A DNA stretch of 64,000 nucleotides from Marsupella aquatica (GCA_973895155.1 OZ316891.1:17482095-17546094); one strand, 5' to 3'. Shown: positions 1 to 14,044, numbered from the stretch's first letter. Notes: generated by a model not told the origin, from the sequence alone. Made by a program: numbers and translations.

Positions 1-203
1 CGAGGCGCTTTCCTGTTATCGTATTTTATCCCTGTTGTGATGAAATTTACGCACCATAAAGACAGTTTGCACAGTATTGCCGATATCCTGGCAATTTTCT
101 TTCTGCCAGCTCACAAATTTGCCTCTTGACAGAGATAATTATTTTCATACCGCACAATACGATAAATAATGTAACGCCTCCAATAACGTTAATCTCCCGA
201 CAG

Positions 204-3176
204 GTATCTTCATATAGTGCTTTACTCAGCAGAGCGGGCCTGGAGCTATGCCATGGAGATCAAGGAGGGCGCTAATACACGTCAGCAGTCTCACTTGATT
301 CGTAGACTGGGAAAGGCAGCAAAGTGGGCAGATCTCCTAAATCGACTCACTAACGAAAAGGCTGACTCGAGGACTGCTTTGGAGGCATTTGTATGTTTGC
401 TTCACCAGATTGAGACACTACTTGACGAGTTGGTGAATGCACAGTGGCTACCGTAGTCCTTTTTGGTTTTGCAAGGTGTTTGAATATTTTGATGATGAGC
501 TTCTATCTGACATCCTGTGACAGGCTTATGCTGAGCACATGCGAGGAAATTTTTTAATAGAACGGGAGAACGATTGGGAAACAGCTGTAAAGAAGCTGAA
601 GAGTGCCAGGTTTGACTCAGGCTTCCTCTGTCTATGACTGTTAGTACTTTACTATATCATTTTTAGTATCCATCATTGTTTATCCAAGTCTGACAACGAG
701 ATTATTTTATACTTGTAAATTACAGGGCAGTATATGATAACTTAGGGAAAATTGGAGATGTAGAAAACCAGATATTATGTCGGCAGCGGGTAGAAGAGCT
801 GGATGCCCTCATCAAATACTGCACGTATAAACTGGACCGTTCAGCTGTGAGGGGCTCTGACATCTTGGATCTAAGTACTCAGGAAGGCCCAGCATACGAT
901 CTACTGCAATCAAAATTGGAGGTTGATGTTCTGTAATTTACAAGTTCATGCATTAGAATCTGATTGAATTGCTTGTGGCCCTTATGGACCAGTTTTTTAT
1001 TCCTGGAGTACAGTTGAAAGACCAGTCACAGCCAGTAGTTGGAATACTTTCTTACAAGTTATGATTTTATGAGTCGCACTGACCTTCGGATTGATGCTGA
1101 ATGGACTTTTGGTTGTGTCATGCTCGAGTCTGATACGGTCATGTGGTTTCTGAAAAGGCTGTCATGGCAGAGGCAATAACACAACAAGCAGTATCAATGA
1201 CAGAGCTCGAGTGGCTTGGTTGCAAGTGGCCTATCAACAACGAGAAGACACGAGTTTGCATTTTAAAAGGTTGTTTTGAATTGTGATTTTAAGGGCTTCT
1301 GTTGTGTTGTCGAGGTCTACAGGTATTGGTAGATGCTTTCAATGAATCTCCTCTTGCTTCCGTTTCTTGACAAGGAAATTTCCTGTAGCATTGCAAACTT
1401 GTTTCCTAATGTCTGTCTCTTACCTCTCCTTCTGCCGTTGGTGGGATGCAATTTTGCTGAGCAGGGCAAGAGTTGGAGAAAGAGATAAGCAGGACTGACT
1501 TGAGCTCTTCAGAGAAAAAGCTCTCACTTTTTGACAAGGTCTTTGTAGCTTATCAGGATGCGAAGCGGCATGTACGGGAAGATTTGGTGAGACATGTTCA
1601 CTACTTATTGCTCTTCCTGGGTCTTTGGCATGAGTTATTATGCTGTACCAGTTGGCATATCTTCAATACCTTGATATTCTTGCTGGTGGAGGTTGTTAAT
1701 TGCTTCACTGCTGACTGTCTGTAAGTGCCACTCAGTGAGGTTGGTGTCGGACTTGTAGGTAGTAGCAGGAAGTGCAGAGGACGTACGGGAACAGTTGAAT
1801 GGGCTCGATAGAGCAATAAGCAGCATCTTGCTGCAACGGACAATAGAACGGAATCAGATACTCGTAATACTGGCCAAGAATCGTCTCGACCGCCAGCAAA
1901 AGGGACTGCGGGAGGAGAAGGGGGAGAAGCCTGCGAAGCCAGAGGACCTTGTCCGCCTGCACGACACACTCATTCAAGTGAGAACTTACCCTAGTCACTC
2001 ACGTTTGTGTCTACGAACGAAAGCACTTGAGTGCAAGTTGTCAAGAGAATCATAAGTTTTGACGCTCGTTGCAATTGTACTCAATTTTGACACTCTCCGT
2101 TTTAAACAGAATATATCAGATCTTTCAGATTTGGTCACTTCCGGAAGGGACCAGAGCGCCATTGAAACTTCTTTTGCCAAGAAGTTGGCTGTTCAGCGAC
2201 TTGGTTTACAAGCTAGAAGGTGCCTCCTCATTACTAAGAATTTCAAATATGCCGAGAGCAGTCTTCAATAATCGATCATCGGAATTACTGTCCTGTTTTA
2301 ATCGTTGGTAAGTCATTATTGTTCAGCTACAACGTTACTTCTTTCTCTCACTTTACTGAGGTTATGCAGGTGTTTGTATCTAGCGCAGTCGTACAGTGCT
2401 GCGGCAAAGTATGCTGAGGCTTACTCATTATTCCACCGGGCCCTTGAGCATTGTGAATCGGCTCTGGACTCCTGTAACCGTTTGGATGCCGCAGAAGAGG
2501 TATATTGTAATGACCTTGCCAAGATACTGGACCACTTGTGAGGCTCAAGATGGGGATTTTACCACCGTTTTATTTGCAATGTATGACACTGGACGCTTTT
2601 TCTTTCAGGCCTCCGTCCGTGATCTAGAGCCCTTAGCAAAGGACTGTAGAGTTCAGAAATGCCTAGTCCATGCACGCGGAGTAGTGGAGGCCAGCAAGCT
2701 TGACAAAAAGGTGCAAAAGGGAATTGCTGCTCTCTCTCTTACAAAGGAGCCGTCTCAAAAGGTATTCTTCTGAACTTGGTGGGGAAATTCTTCGTCTGGG
2801 CCTTTCCACTGTTTGATAGTGAAGATCGGATTCCTTTGGCATTGAAGAATTCAGGTTGAATAAAGCTCACTGGCTTTATATTTGTAGTCGAAGTGTATGA
2901 CTAGGCTTGCCGGAGTAACTTGTGCCCTCTGTATAAAGCCTAACATTTGGGGTTTGCTACTTTCAGGACAAGACCACGTATTTGGTCGACAGGATTGATG
3001 TGTATGATTCAGCCTTAGATATTGCACAAATTCCACCACCTTTCCAGGCAGTTCCTTGTCGACCCATTGTTCTTGATACTGCCCACAATTTTATGGAGTT
3101 TCCATCTCTAGCTAAGCGAACAGTGAAAGAGGACAAAGCAACAGGTTTATTTTCAAAGTGGTTCAGAAGCAAGTAA
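204..3176 (+). CDS. SRP68: Signal recognition particle subunit SRP68, 3' portion (5' exons lie outside the window). Exons ~204-390, 524-609, 726-921, 1158-1269, 1465-1586, 1759-1977, 2110-2219, 2370-2499, 2609-2761, 2967-3176
   Basis: Peptides YLHIVLYSAERAWSYAMEIK, ADSRTALE and the C-terminal IPPPFQAVPCRPIVLDTAHNFMEFPSL...GLFSKWFRSK are typical of plant SRP68; GT-AG boundaries join the ORF fragments. Confidence 0.93.
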
Positions 3177-4754
3177 CAGATGGTAAGGGAGGAAAGCACA
3201 ATGATAAATGCGGATAAATGTCATCAATATAGCAGGTACAAGTCCGACTTTATGGAGTTCTCTTAGTTGCACGAGCTGGATAAGACTTAAGCGATTAGTT
3301 TTGTTTGACTCTCTTTTCTGGAAGTCCTCTGAGCGCTCAGATTATCCTTCTGACCTGATTGGTAGATGTCTATTCTTAGGTATACGGCGTGCAACTCAGA
3401 CCATCTGCTGCAATGGTGGCCAGCCACTCAACTGGGTCAACCCAGGATCGAGCTTTGTAGGCATTTGTTTCGCTTAGTTTAAACCACAGTTGGCCTGTCA
3501 GTTCTGAAGCAATCTTTAAATTGTACTAAGATGGCTTGGAAGAGCTTTTTTCCCTCGTGGCAATCGCTGTGCAATGGATGGACATTACTCTCATGAATGA
3601 GGAATGCTGCTTGAGAAATAACGCGTTCGGGAGCATTTCCTGTACCGCGTATTCTCTCATTATTGTAATCCTTACTTTTCAGTCTCGCAAAGTGGGTGTT
3701 CGTACCTACTTTGGTTACGAGACATGTTCGCAACACAGACATTCGTCCATGGATGTTAAGAAAGCAGTGTGTTTCCAATATTTGTGACAGTAAGTGAGCT
3801 ACACTATTTCCACTATCTTGTCTCTCCTAGTTCCATTTGCGCATGGTTTCCGTGGGTTCAAGGCTCAGCCCTTGTCTCTCCTGGTTCCATTTGCACAGGG
3901 CACAGTTTTGCGTCCGGGTAACTGCATAGCAGCCAGATATGCGGGATTCATTGAAGGAACAAGACTCAGTGTTCATATAGCAGAACAATTGGGTTTATCT
4001 TGGTATGGAAATTGGTATGGAAATTCCGTCCAACCTGTGGACACATGTCACGTGACACGGTACACTATGCTATTTTGTTTTGATGTGCATTCACCAGAAG
4101 GGCATGATTTTGTGGGTTTAGGGTTTAGGGCAAGGCTTACCGGAGGTTTAGCTCTGAGAACCGTCTTTTTGCTTTTTCGGAGATCACTGAAGAACAATCC
4201 AAAATATCCGTGTATGCCGTGTTTGTATCCCGTGCAAAGTATTTTTAGTAAATGCCAACAGAAAAGTTTCGTGCCCGGTGCACAGTATATTTTAGTAAAA
4301 GGCAACAGAATAGCTCGCTGCGCTGAACACGGTATTCTTTAGTGGTGTTCTGTAGTAAAATGGAAAGAATAGTTCTCTCTGTTCTGAACACACGGTACAT
4401 TAGATCTGAGAACCCTTGCCAGGCTGACCGTCCGTCTGTCAGCAAAGGCCACCCTGTGTCTGTGCCTACACAGGTCTGGTGCAGCCTTCAAGCTTAACGG
4501 GGAACAGAGGGCAGTCCACAAGGGCAAGTAATGGTTGAGACACAGAAAGGACTGAAACCCCAGCCCATTAGAGAGGGGGTTGGCAGCCGAACCACACAGG
4601 TCCGACCTAAGATACACTACTGATGAACCAGTGGTAAACAGCCAGGAGTGTTTTTTGGGACCCACAATATGGAAGACAAGCCCTCATCACCCGATCAAGG
4701 CTATTTCTTGTTTATCTTTGTCAGATCGTTGTTTCTGGTCTGTATTCTCACTTA

Positions 4755-5019
4755 GTTTCAGTTTACTCATGTAGAGTCAGGGTCTACAGGTTTCACAGAT
4801 GGCCCATGGAGGAGCCCACGGAATAGCTTGGTCTATAGCTTAGGTTTCACTCTAGACATGGGGTCCATGGAGTCGCTTGGTTGATTTCAGTTTATTCATG
4901 TAGAGTCAGGGTCTAAGGGTTTCACAGTTGGCCCATAGAGTAGCCCACGAAGTAGCTTGGTCTATAGTTTAGGTTTCACTCTAGACATGTGGCCCATGGA
5001 GTAGCTTGGTCTATAGCTT
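4755..5019. repeat. Imperfect tandem duplication, ~130-bp unit x2, with internal sub-repeats
   Basis: CATGTAGAGTCAGGGTCT...GCCCACG...TAGCTTGGTCTATAG...TTTCACTCTAGACATG occurs twice. Confidence 0.75.
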
Positions 5020-8000
5020 CTGATTGCGCTTAAATGAGCGAAATCTGCCATGTGCACCGAATGACTAAGACGGATCAAACATTTATTGACACTGAAAGTT
5101 GAGCAGTCATACAAAGGGACACTTCTATACCACTAATTGTTTTTGGTTCTATGTGGGTTTGGAAGAGGGTTTGGAGGCCCCTATCCAACATTTTGTCAAA
5201 CTTTGTAGCGGAGCTTTAGTTCCAACTGGTTTCTCCCAACTTCAGCGATGACACAGCAGTGTCCGACTCCAGAGATTATACAATCCCAACTTTAGAGAAT
5301 ACACAGTCGTCTCAACGTCAGAGATCATCCAACACTCATACACATGGGAAGGTAGTCCCAACTGCAGGGATGTTAAATAGCAATACACTTGGGAGCTGTG
5401 AGGACAAAAGTTGATCCTCCCCAACTTCAGGGGTTATACAGTCTCGATTTACATGGGAAGGAGAGCCATGACAAAAGTGAATAGTTCCTTCCAGATTTAA
5501 GGATATAAAGGTGATTGATTGTTATCCAGACAAACAAGACGTGACCCACGAACCCATTTTTGTCTGACATATATAAATGGTCATGGACAGAGGACACAAT
5601 CATTCATTAAATTTCGGACTCAATGTCCTACTGTATGTGCCGTGGTTGCCAATATATAGGTGTCCTACCAGCATTTTTTAATTGGTAAATTTTCGCCAAT
5701 TGTGTCCCTCCTCGCGGCTCCTCTCTGCTATTCATACAATTTTGTTTTTTTTGGTTTAAGATGGGGCAAAATCACCAAACACACACTGCGCAGTCCAGAG
5801 CGGTTTCTTTTATTACACAGTTGCCACACCCACCTGGCCCAAGCCCGAGGTTGCCACCCTTCTATATTGGGCTTGCACGATTCACCACTTCCCCTCAGAC
5901 ATGTGGCTGGCCTTTTGCCAGCTCCTCAGATAGCCATTTTAATATCAAAGCAACTAACAGAACTCCATTTAGTATGTCAAAGTTTTTTTTCCCTTATTTT
6001 TTGTGAAGTAAAAAACTGTTTTTTTTCTTAATTTTAATTCTAAAACTGGAACTACCTTCTAAGGCCATATAATAAGGTGTACTTGTGCCTACTATAAGGT
6101 TGCTTCAAATTTAAGCAATCTTCCCAAAGTGGTATAAAAAAGCCTTCAGGAGTAAAATATCTAGAGTTACTTGTCTATCTCGATCACGAAGATTTTGATG
6201 TTAAGAATATATAATTAATCATTCCTTTTTAGAGCTATGATGAATTTTCCATGGACAGTCACTTCAAAGCAAAAATAATTAAACTAGTTGTTCATGACTT
6301 GGTAATTGTGTCCTCTCACTGCTCATAGGCTTGCAATGTGTTGATCACACTTTTAAAGGTCTATGCATATGTCATTTTTCTAGCTGCTAGGCAACTGTTT
6401 AGCTTCTACACTATTGTGAATAATTTTCAAAAAGTGGTGAGCCTTTCATGGTTCTCTCAATCATGATGACTTTCCCAACTTGGTGACTCCACATGGTCAG
6501 AAAGTCTGGAAAAGACACCACAATGAAGGTATTTAAAACCCAGTTTTGGCTAGTGAGTGACTAAATTTGCTAGCCAAGTGGTGCATATTTGTGGTTTTTT
6601 TCCTTCGTTGAGAATATACTAGGGTACTGCAAGGCAAGGTTTTCCTCACAGCAGGAATGTTTTTTTGTGTTTGATCACATGCATAGTATACCCTTCCTAG
6701 CCTACATTGTTAGGGCCCTCTCCATCATTCTAAGATAGTACTGTAGTTACCTCCGTCCTTGCAGGCACAACTTGTTGAACCTTATGCCTCGGTAGGCAGG
6801 GGTGGGGGAGAGGTACCAAAAAAATTTGATTTCATGTGAGTATGAAATAAGCTAGGGTCAATGTTTTATTCATTTTAGTGAAGACAGACTTACTTAAAAT
6901 TATAGCAAGTAAAGGGGTCATGATTCACCATGCAGCATGTGTCAATAAATAATTGTTGATGTTTTGAGTTTTGTTGCATTATGGCAACCAACTGATTCAT
7001 TCATTCCTCTCCACATCCTTACATATCATGTCTCCAAGAGTGCAGTGAGGCAGTTTGGTATGACCTAACTGGAGTAGGCTTAAGTCCAGTTAACTCTATC
7101 TCTGGTCTAGTTAACTTGGGTTGCGACAAGTTTCATATTCTTCCGAAAGGAGGTGGTTTATAGGGGAGTTCGTAGAACGAAGGTGGATTCCTAGGGGAGT
7201 TTGCAGGCTATACAAAAATTTACTAAGGTGAACCACCCAAGCCTTATTCTCGTGTGCTTCATTGCGGTGAGGGCATTACTGAGGGCGTTAAAGTAGGCAG
7301 TTATCGTGGAAAGCACCCATACCAATCCGAAGAAAAGTGCCTAACCAGGATCAAGCTGACGTAGGACATGTATCGCAGATCTTACTAGCATAGTTTTGTT
7401 TAAGAAGCTAGGAGATCGAGCTTCAACCCCAGCTCAACGCAATGCATATGGCTAACGGGTCTCCAGTTGTTAAGCTTCGTTGTGTGAATTTCTTGATCAT
7501 GTTAGCCCGCAATATTTCGAACTTGATTGCTGAATGAGGTGTGGGTCATCTTGGAGTCGTAAGGATTCACATTATGCTCGAAATCCGCTAAGCAGTTATA
7601 TGAGTGACTTGGACGATAAAGATCAATATGGGTCCATATACTTTTTATTATATAAGGACTTTGTTTTTCTGAAGTAGAATAGACAGTGCATACAGTAGTG
7701 TGACCACACCTCATATCTGATTCTTATATCTGATTCATAGATCAACGTACGTACAATAGTGTGACCACAGTTTATATTTGAATTCTAGATCAGCACTTTT
7801 CCACCAAGGTTTTCTCTTCGATTCCACGTGCATAATGATGCGTGCCTGCTGCAGTATATCGATCAAGTTGCGGGCCAAGAACAGAATTGCGGATATTAAA
7901 GGAGCTGGGTGTCAATCGGGTATCCATTATTGTGAACACACATGGTCCCGGTTGACTACAAGTCTGGAACCCGAGAGGTTAAGTCAGGCAAACGTCACGT

Positions 8001-8530
8001 GTGGTGAAACTTGCACACTTGCCCATACTTACCGACTGATTTAATACGATCAAATTTTCGTGAAATGGCTCTGGAGACTGAGATCAACCGTGGATGTTTA
8101 AATTGTGTAAACCTATATATGCTGAGCAGAAGCGATTTCCCGGATCGAAGTGCATGATGTCCAAAGCAAGTAGAGCCAAAGCTGACATTATCGTGGTAGG
8201 AAGTGACACATTCGTAGTTAAGCTTTCATGAAAGAACTTGGTATCGCTGCATATATTCAGTATAATTGTCTGTTTCCTTACTGCAAATCATATGACGCTT
8301 CACCGAAACACGCATACTCGACTTCCGCAAGACTCGGACCTGGTGATGGCAGCCAGTGGAGGTATTCAACGTTTCAGTAACTACGTAGAATACCTCCACC
8401 GGCCTGCCTATGCACCATAAACTGACGTAGCCAAGCGGCAACATTAAAGGAGCGACTACGTACCTAGAGAAACACCGAAACACCTGCCTACACATAGCTG
8501 CAAGCGCGCTAGTATCGTACCCTAACTTCC

Positions 8531-8626
8531 AACCCAGGAGATTTAGGGTTGACTAACGCAGAAGATTTAGGGTTTACAAACCCAGGAGATTTAGGGTTTA
8601 TGAACCCAGGAGATTTAGGGTTGACT
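8531..8626. repeat. 24-bp minisatellite x4, each unit carrying one plant telomere motif TTTAGGG
   Basis: AACCCAGGAGATTTAGGGTT-like units start at 8531, 8555, 8579 and 8603. Confidence 0.85.
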
Positions 8627-8912
8627 GGTTGGCCGGGAAGGAAGGGAGGGCAAGTCCCGACTGGGAAGACTCACTCTACTACATAAGCTTCGATCAGTAT
8701 GATCTCCTCCAACCTCATTCAAGATCTTCTTTCTCTAAGGTTAAGGTTTCCTTCGAGCAAAGTGCGTGCCGTCATATTTTCTGGCTATCTTGCTCCAGTG
8801 AACATTTGGAAAGCGATCCCCTCTACATCCTCTTTGCAGTTTCTGTTTCCGTTTTTGCTTCCAGAGGTTAAGGTTTCCTTCGAGCAAGGATTGATTTCAG
8901 TTGCTTCTCAAG

Positions 8913-9305
8913 ATGGCGATCAAAACACTCTATTCTCAGTTGGCCGTCACTTTCCTTGTCTTTCATCTTGCAACAGTGGCTGTGGCGGATCCAACCATAA
9001 TTGCTCTCACTGACACTTTCCATGTTAGCTGTGACAGTTCTCCGCCTGTTCAGTGGGACCTAATCTATCCACAAATTGCCACAGTTCCACTTGGTGACAG
9101 GCCAGGTGTCATCTTTTGCTCATTTAGTCAGGTTACACAAAGTGGGGTTCACCGTCATCAGAAGTTTGCTGTATACCCCGATGCACTTGGTCAAGTGAGT
9201 TGCGATCCCGGTAATTGTGCATGGGCAGTCAGAGCGGATGGTTTCTATGTGCACGACCCTGCTACCAACACCGAGGTGCTTGGATTCGTGTGGTTGATCG
9301 ACTGA
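8913..9305 (+). CDS. Secreted small Cys-rich protein, S-protein homologue (SPH / plant self-incompatibility S1)-like, 130 aa, intronless
   Basis: N-terminal signal peptide (LAVTFLVFHLATVAVA-D); 4 Cys spaced as HVSC...IFCSF...CDPGNCAWAVRADGFY plus a Trp near the C-terminus, matching the SPH pattern C-x-W-x-V-R-x-D-G-x-Y. Confidence 0.75.
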   Translation: MAIKTLYSQLAVTFLVFHLATVAVADPTIIALTDTFHVSCDSSPPVQWDLIYPQIATVPLGDRPGVIFCSFSQVTQSGVHRHQKFAVYPDALGQVSCDPGNCAWAVRADGFYVHDPATNTEVLGFVWLID

Positions 9306-10539
9306 TGCACTCAAGTGTTGATCGAGCAGTCCGTAATTGATCCCACACAGGTACATAGGTCTTGAACCTTTGTGACTCTTCATTCATCACTAGCTGGGTC
9401 AGAGTATGATTACTTGAGATCCGTATCTGGTTATGTATCTGTCAAAACTGATTGACCCCGTATACATGTCATTTGAATTAGTTGTGCTAGTAAGGCCAAT
9501 TGCTTCAACATTTGCATGGCATAGAGAGCTCGTAATTAATCCACTAGCTTGAGGTTGTCTTACTTCCATTATGCCCATGTTGTATTTCTTACCCAGATCC
9601 ATGGGCGATAATCTAGGTCGTTCAGTTAGTTTCCTTGAGCTAGCTAGTTGAGATCGATACTACTATATATGACATGAATGTGACATAAATAAAGTGGGTG
9701 ATGGCCCTATGGCCCGCCCTATGGATTTCATCTGGTTTGTCCTTATCTTAAACTCGTGCACATTTTTTCTCCGAATCTTATTGTGAGATGAAATTTACAA
9801 TCATAAATAAACTGTGTATTGGCCCTATATATGGATTTCATCTGAATAAATTAGATATTGGCCCTATATGGATTTCATCTGGTCTGTTCGTATTTAATTT
9901 GTGCACACATATGTTTTCGAATTCCTTGCAATCTGAGGGGAGGCCAGGATATATGATTAGGGCATGTACGTCAAAACTAAGGTACATAGGGCAGGGGATG
10001 GGCTACCCATCGAGTTATTCCTTAAATTACTTACGTACAGTATATATAGTCTGTCGATCACACTGATTTTTGTAAAAACGTAGTACCTACTTGTCATTTT
10101 TTTACTTGTTTTCTTGTTTCATTTGGGCATTGGTCGATCACTTTGATATCTTTGTTTGCCTGGATGAACTGTGCTTGTACTTAAAGTTGTCCTTTCAAAA
10201 AACCTGTGAAAATAATTCAGGCAGCAAGGTATAAATTTTATCCCCCAATACCCGAGCTAGCTAGCATAAAAAATATCCACACAAATATTACAATCTAGCT
10301 AGATTAAGACCGGGATGATGTGCAACGAACAGCTAGACATTTAATCCTTAATTGACCAGATAGTCATGTTCTAAATATTATCTTGTCACTTACTAAACAG
10401 AAGGTAGAATGGAAGGGAAATTAGTACGGACTGAGCACGCCTAAAGTGATCCCCTTCAGATCTTCCTGGTGTTTTTGGTCTGACTTTGCTTCCAGACCTT
10501 TTCAGGATTTATTGATATATTTTAGTAATGTTTCAAGAT

Positions 10540-10852
10540 TTATGGTGATCGAAGCACTTTACTCACTGACAATTTCATGTTACTTAGTTGTGACACTTCT
10601 TTCCCTGTTAAGTGGGACCTGGTCTATGCAATAATGTCACAATTCCCAGCACTTGCACATTAATTTGACCAGGTTACCAGAGATGAGGCCGGTTCACCGT
10701 CATCAGAGTTCTGTTGGATACCCCAACGCACTTGCTCCAGTGACCTAATGCGATCCCGGTAATTGTGCCAGCTGGGCAGTCAAAAAGGACGGTTTCATGT
10801 GCACCATCCTGCTCCCAACACTGCGGTGTTTGTGTTCAGGTGGCTGACTGAC
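10540..10852 (+). pseudogene. Degenerate tandem paralog of the SPH-like gene (deletions, frameshifts, stops)
   Basis: Blocks GTGGGACCT, GGTTCACCGTCATCAGA, TGCGATCCCGGTAATTGTGC and TGGGCAGTCA match 9050-9300; the 3' flank similarity continues to ~11360. Confidence 0.8.
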
Positions 10853-13800
10853 AAAATGGGAGCCTAGCAGACACGCAGGCAGGTCTTTGGCTTTTGTGCT
10901 TCTTCATTCATCAGTGAGTCCACCAGAATAATATTAATATTATTTAAGATCTCGGTCATGTCATTTCTAAGAGACTCTTAAGACTTGACCGCAATGTCAT
11001 TTCAAACTGGTCCTCGAACTGGTCCTGCTAGGTCAACTGCTTTAAAATTTGCAGTAATTGTGCAGGGCTAACAATCCACATGAGCTTGTCTCACTCATGT
11101 GCCCTTTTTTGTATTTGTTATCCAGGTCCGTGGGAAGGATTATTGCAATCGAGGCGCACTGTGATAATTGCAGGACCTGATTGCAAAGATTTATAATCTA
11201 GATCATTGAGTTAATTAGTTACTTGCAGCTGGATAGTTGAAATAGATCTGATTGTGAAACTCACTTGATGTAAATAAGCTGCATGGGTATGGCCCCTATG
11301 CATGGATTTCATCTTGTCTATACTTACCTTGTGCACACTGTTTCTCCCATGCACTCTGAAGGGAGAACAAGATAATACCCGATTGACTACTAGAAAATCT
11401 GGTGAAGCTGTGAGAGAATTTCTGCAGAATCAAATTAATTCATTTTATTCCAATATTTCTAGTTTAGTTACCTATTTCATTCCACTACATAATAGTGTAA
11501 ATAGTGCGCGCGTATATAGGTACGATGGATCGATGTTGTGGATAGTAATTGGGGATCGATGAGATTTGCATGTACGTGCAGGCAACGACGACTGTTCGGG
11601 AACAAATGGCACACAATCCATTTTCCCTGAAAAAGTGAGCTTGCTAATCAGTCTACTGCCTGAAGATACATCGTTGTTAGGATCGGACATAGATGGCTAT
11701 CGCCTTACAAGGAGACCAATGTCGTTTGTGGTGTAAGAATCAATGTTAGAAAAGCTTGATCACTCTCGCTATCTCTTTCTCTCTGATGCATTCCATTACA
11801 AGGGAAGTCTGCTTGGCGCATTCGATTTCGAGACAAAATTAAACGATTTGTATTATTGTTTACAACTCGAAAACAATAACGAGGACAAAACTCCCAGCGT
11901 TACAAATGCACCTTCGATCGTCAAGGCGGAATATAAGATAAACTGCTCATGAAGTGCAACTTTACATTTGTATATATCGTTCTCTCCTGCCCGCACTCCT
12001 GTTTTCACAAAGGTGCATTTGCCGGGGCATTTGCAAGCTTTCATTGAAATATATTAAAGCATAGGTGCAAACATATAGTCTTTGCTCTCACTGACAAGAT
12101 CAATTCACACAAAAAACTGCAGACATCCAATGCCCTCAAATTAATTCCAAACAAGGACTTCTCTTCATCAGATGTCGCTGTTATTGTTGATAATTAGTTT
12201 TTCTTGATCGAATGTGTGTACGTACCGTCTACCCTAGTTTCCACTCTGACCCGCCAAGGTCCCGGCCAAGGTTGCTGGCTCAGCCCAATTTTTCGCCTTC
12301 TCCAACTATGGTGTGCCATCATTTCCAGACTTATTAGTGCTTCCTGAGCTTACTGCTGCTTGATGGTTTTAGAGTCAGCAGTAAAAATTCAGCTTGTAGA
12401 ATCCTACTCTTGATAAGTAATGATAATGAGGTGTCAGTGATGGAAAACTACTGTAGTTGGTGCTACACTGACAAATCTGCGATACCGTTCAAGCCAGATC
12501 TTGTGATTCATATATGTTGGTTAGCAGCAGCATCGATCGGTCCTGGGTTTCTTTTCTGAGTTGCAATGGAAATTTCAAGTCTTCTCGTTCCTCCCTCACG
12601 TTATTGCTTTGCTTCGATCAATTCAATTAAAGACCGAAGTTTCCCTGCAATAGTTTCATTTTCTTCGTCTACTATCTAGTTCACTCTGTGTCTACTCTAA
12701 TCTTCTTGAAAGTCAACCTTTCTCGTCTTTTATGCACTGCAAATTGACTTCGTATCACAAAGCTCGATCCTCAGAAAGTTCGGATTCCCTAAACAGCCAT
12801 TTTTGTTCTTCTGAAGCATGCAGGTACGTTGCTGGATTTCGACAAGAAGGGTCTCTCACTTCCAAGATGAACATCGTACTATTCGGTCCAGAGCTCAGAA
12901 ATCGGAATGTTTTTCATACTTTTCAAAGTAAATAACCCAGGTGCGAGTTTGATTGCAAGCTTCCCTACAACTGTCTCAGTTCTTTGGTTTGCAAGATCGG
13001 AGGCTTAATTTCATCTACTTATTACGTACCTACTTAGTAGAGTTGGGGAGTTGCACACTTGTAATAGGAGTAGCGTAGTTTTGCTGATGGATCTTTAATT
13101 GGATTCGCCTGCCCGGGACAATTGGTGTGGCAACCGTGACTGTGAAGACCTTGGACGACATGCTACTTTCCTCGTGAGGCCTACGCTGCCATCTCCCTTG
13201 CCGCATTTCCCCTCCACTCCCACTCCTGCCCTGCGCTGCACCCATGATCCAGCTCGCCCTACAGGTCCACAACACCACGTACGCACGATTGCCCTCTTAC
13301 CGTCTGTTATAAGTGCAAAAATTTGAAATATGCATATATCGACAAGGGTGTACAGATTCTAGACTTCCACTGGGCCATATGTTAGCCTACATTCTGGTGG
13401 CTCCTTTCCTCAATTGTATGTTCACGCCCATGAGTGCAACCTTTGCTCCAGTGAAAAATGACAGGCACTTATCAATAGTTGCTTGCGTTTGCCCATAAGT
13501 GTTCATATACTGTAGAGGGTTCATATTAGCTGAATGCAGCTCTCTTTGCAGTTACGAAAAAGTGACAAGTGGTAAGGAAGAAAAGTGAAGAACCGAACTC
13601 ATTACAATTATCCAAGGGTTTCACTTATGGTGGGTGCATTCAGCTAGAGCTGACTGTACTGCGCATCATCTGGCGGATCCTTTGCTATTTTGTATTTGGT
13701 ATAAATACACTTAACTAGTAGTTGGACAATTGGACAAAATGCTTATGGATTGAGGCCGTCACTCCACGGGGTGTGGTTGGAATTACGTGGCTTGAGTACA

Positions 13801-14044
13801 AACGTTATGAAATGATTAATGAACTGATTGACCCAGTCAAAATAACCCTGCATTGATTTAAAGTAAATATTATTGAGATTTAGCATGGTATGGAGGGATG
13901 TCATATGTGCACTCATTGATTTAAAGTCACATATGTCATATTTTGATGCGCAGCAAGGGGACCCTCAAAATAATCTTGCATGCTTTCAGCACTGCAGTAT
14001 ACAGTACTGTCTATATCAGGTTAGTTAGTTGAACAACAATTATT

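Noticed and set aside
3794-4342. 182-aa ORF downstream of SRP68
   Set aside because: Non-ATG start, built partly from a short local duplication (LSLLVPFA x2), no recognisable domain
4612-4652. Hammerhead-ribozyme-like string ACACTA-CTGATGA-ACCAGTGGT-AAACAGC-CAGGAGTGT
   Set aside because: The GAAA core lacks its G, there is no stem III/UH cleavage site, and the CTG pairs with the downstream CAG as a plain hairpin; at most a decayed relic
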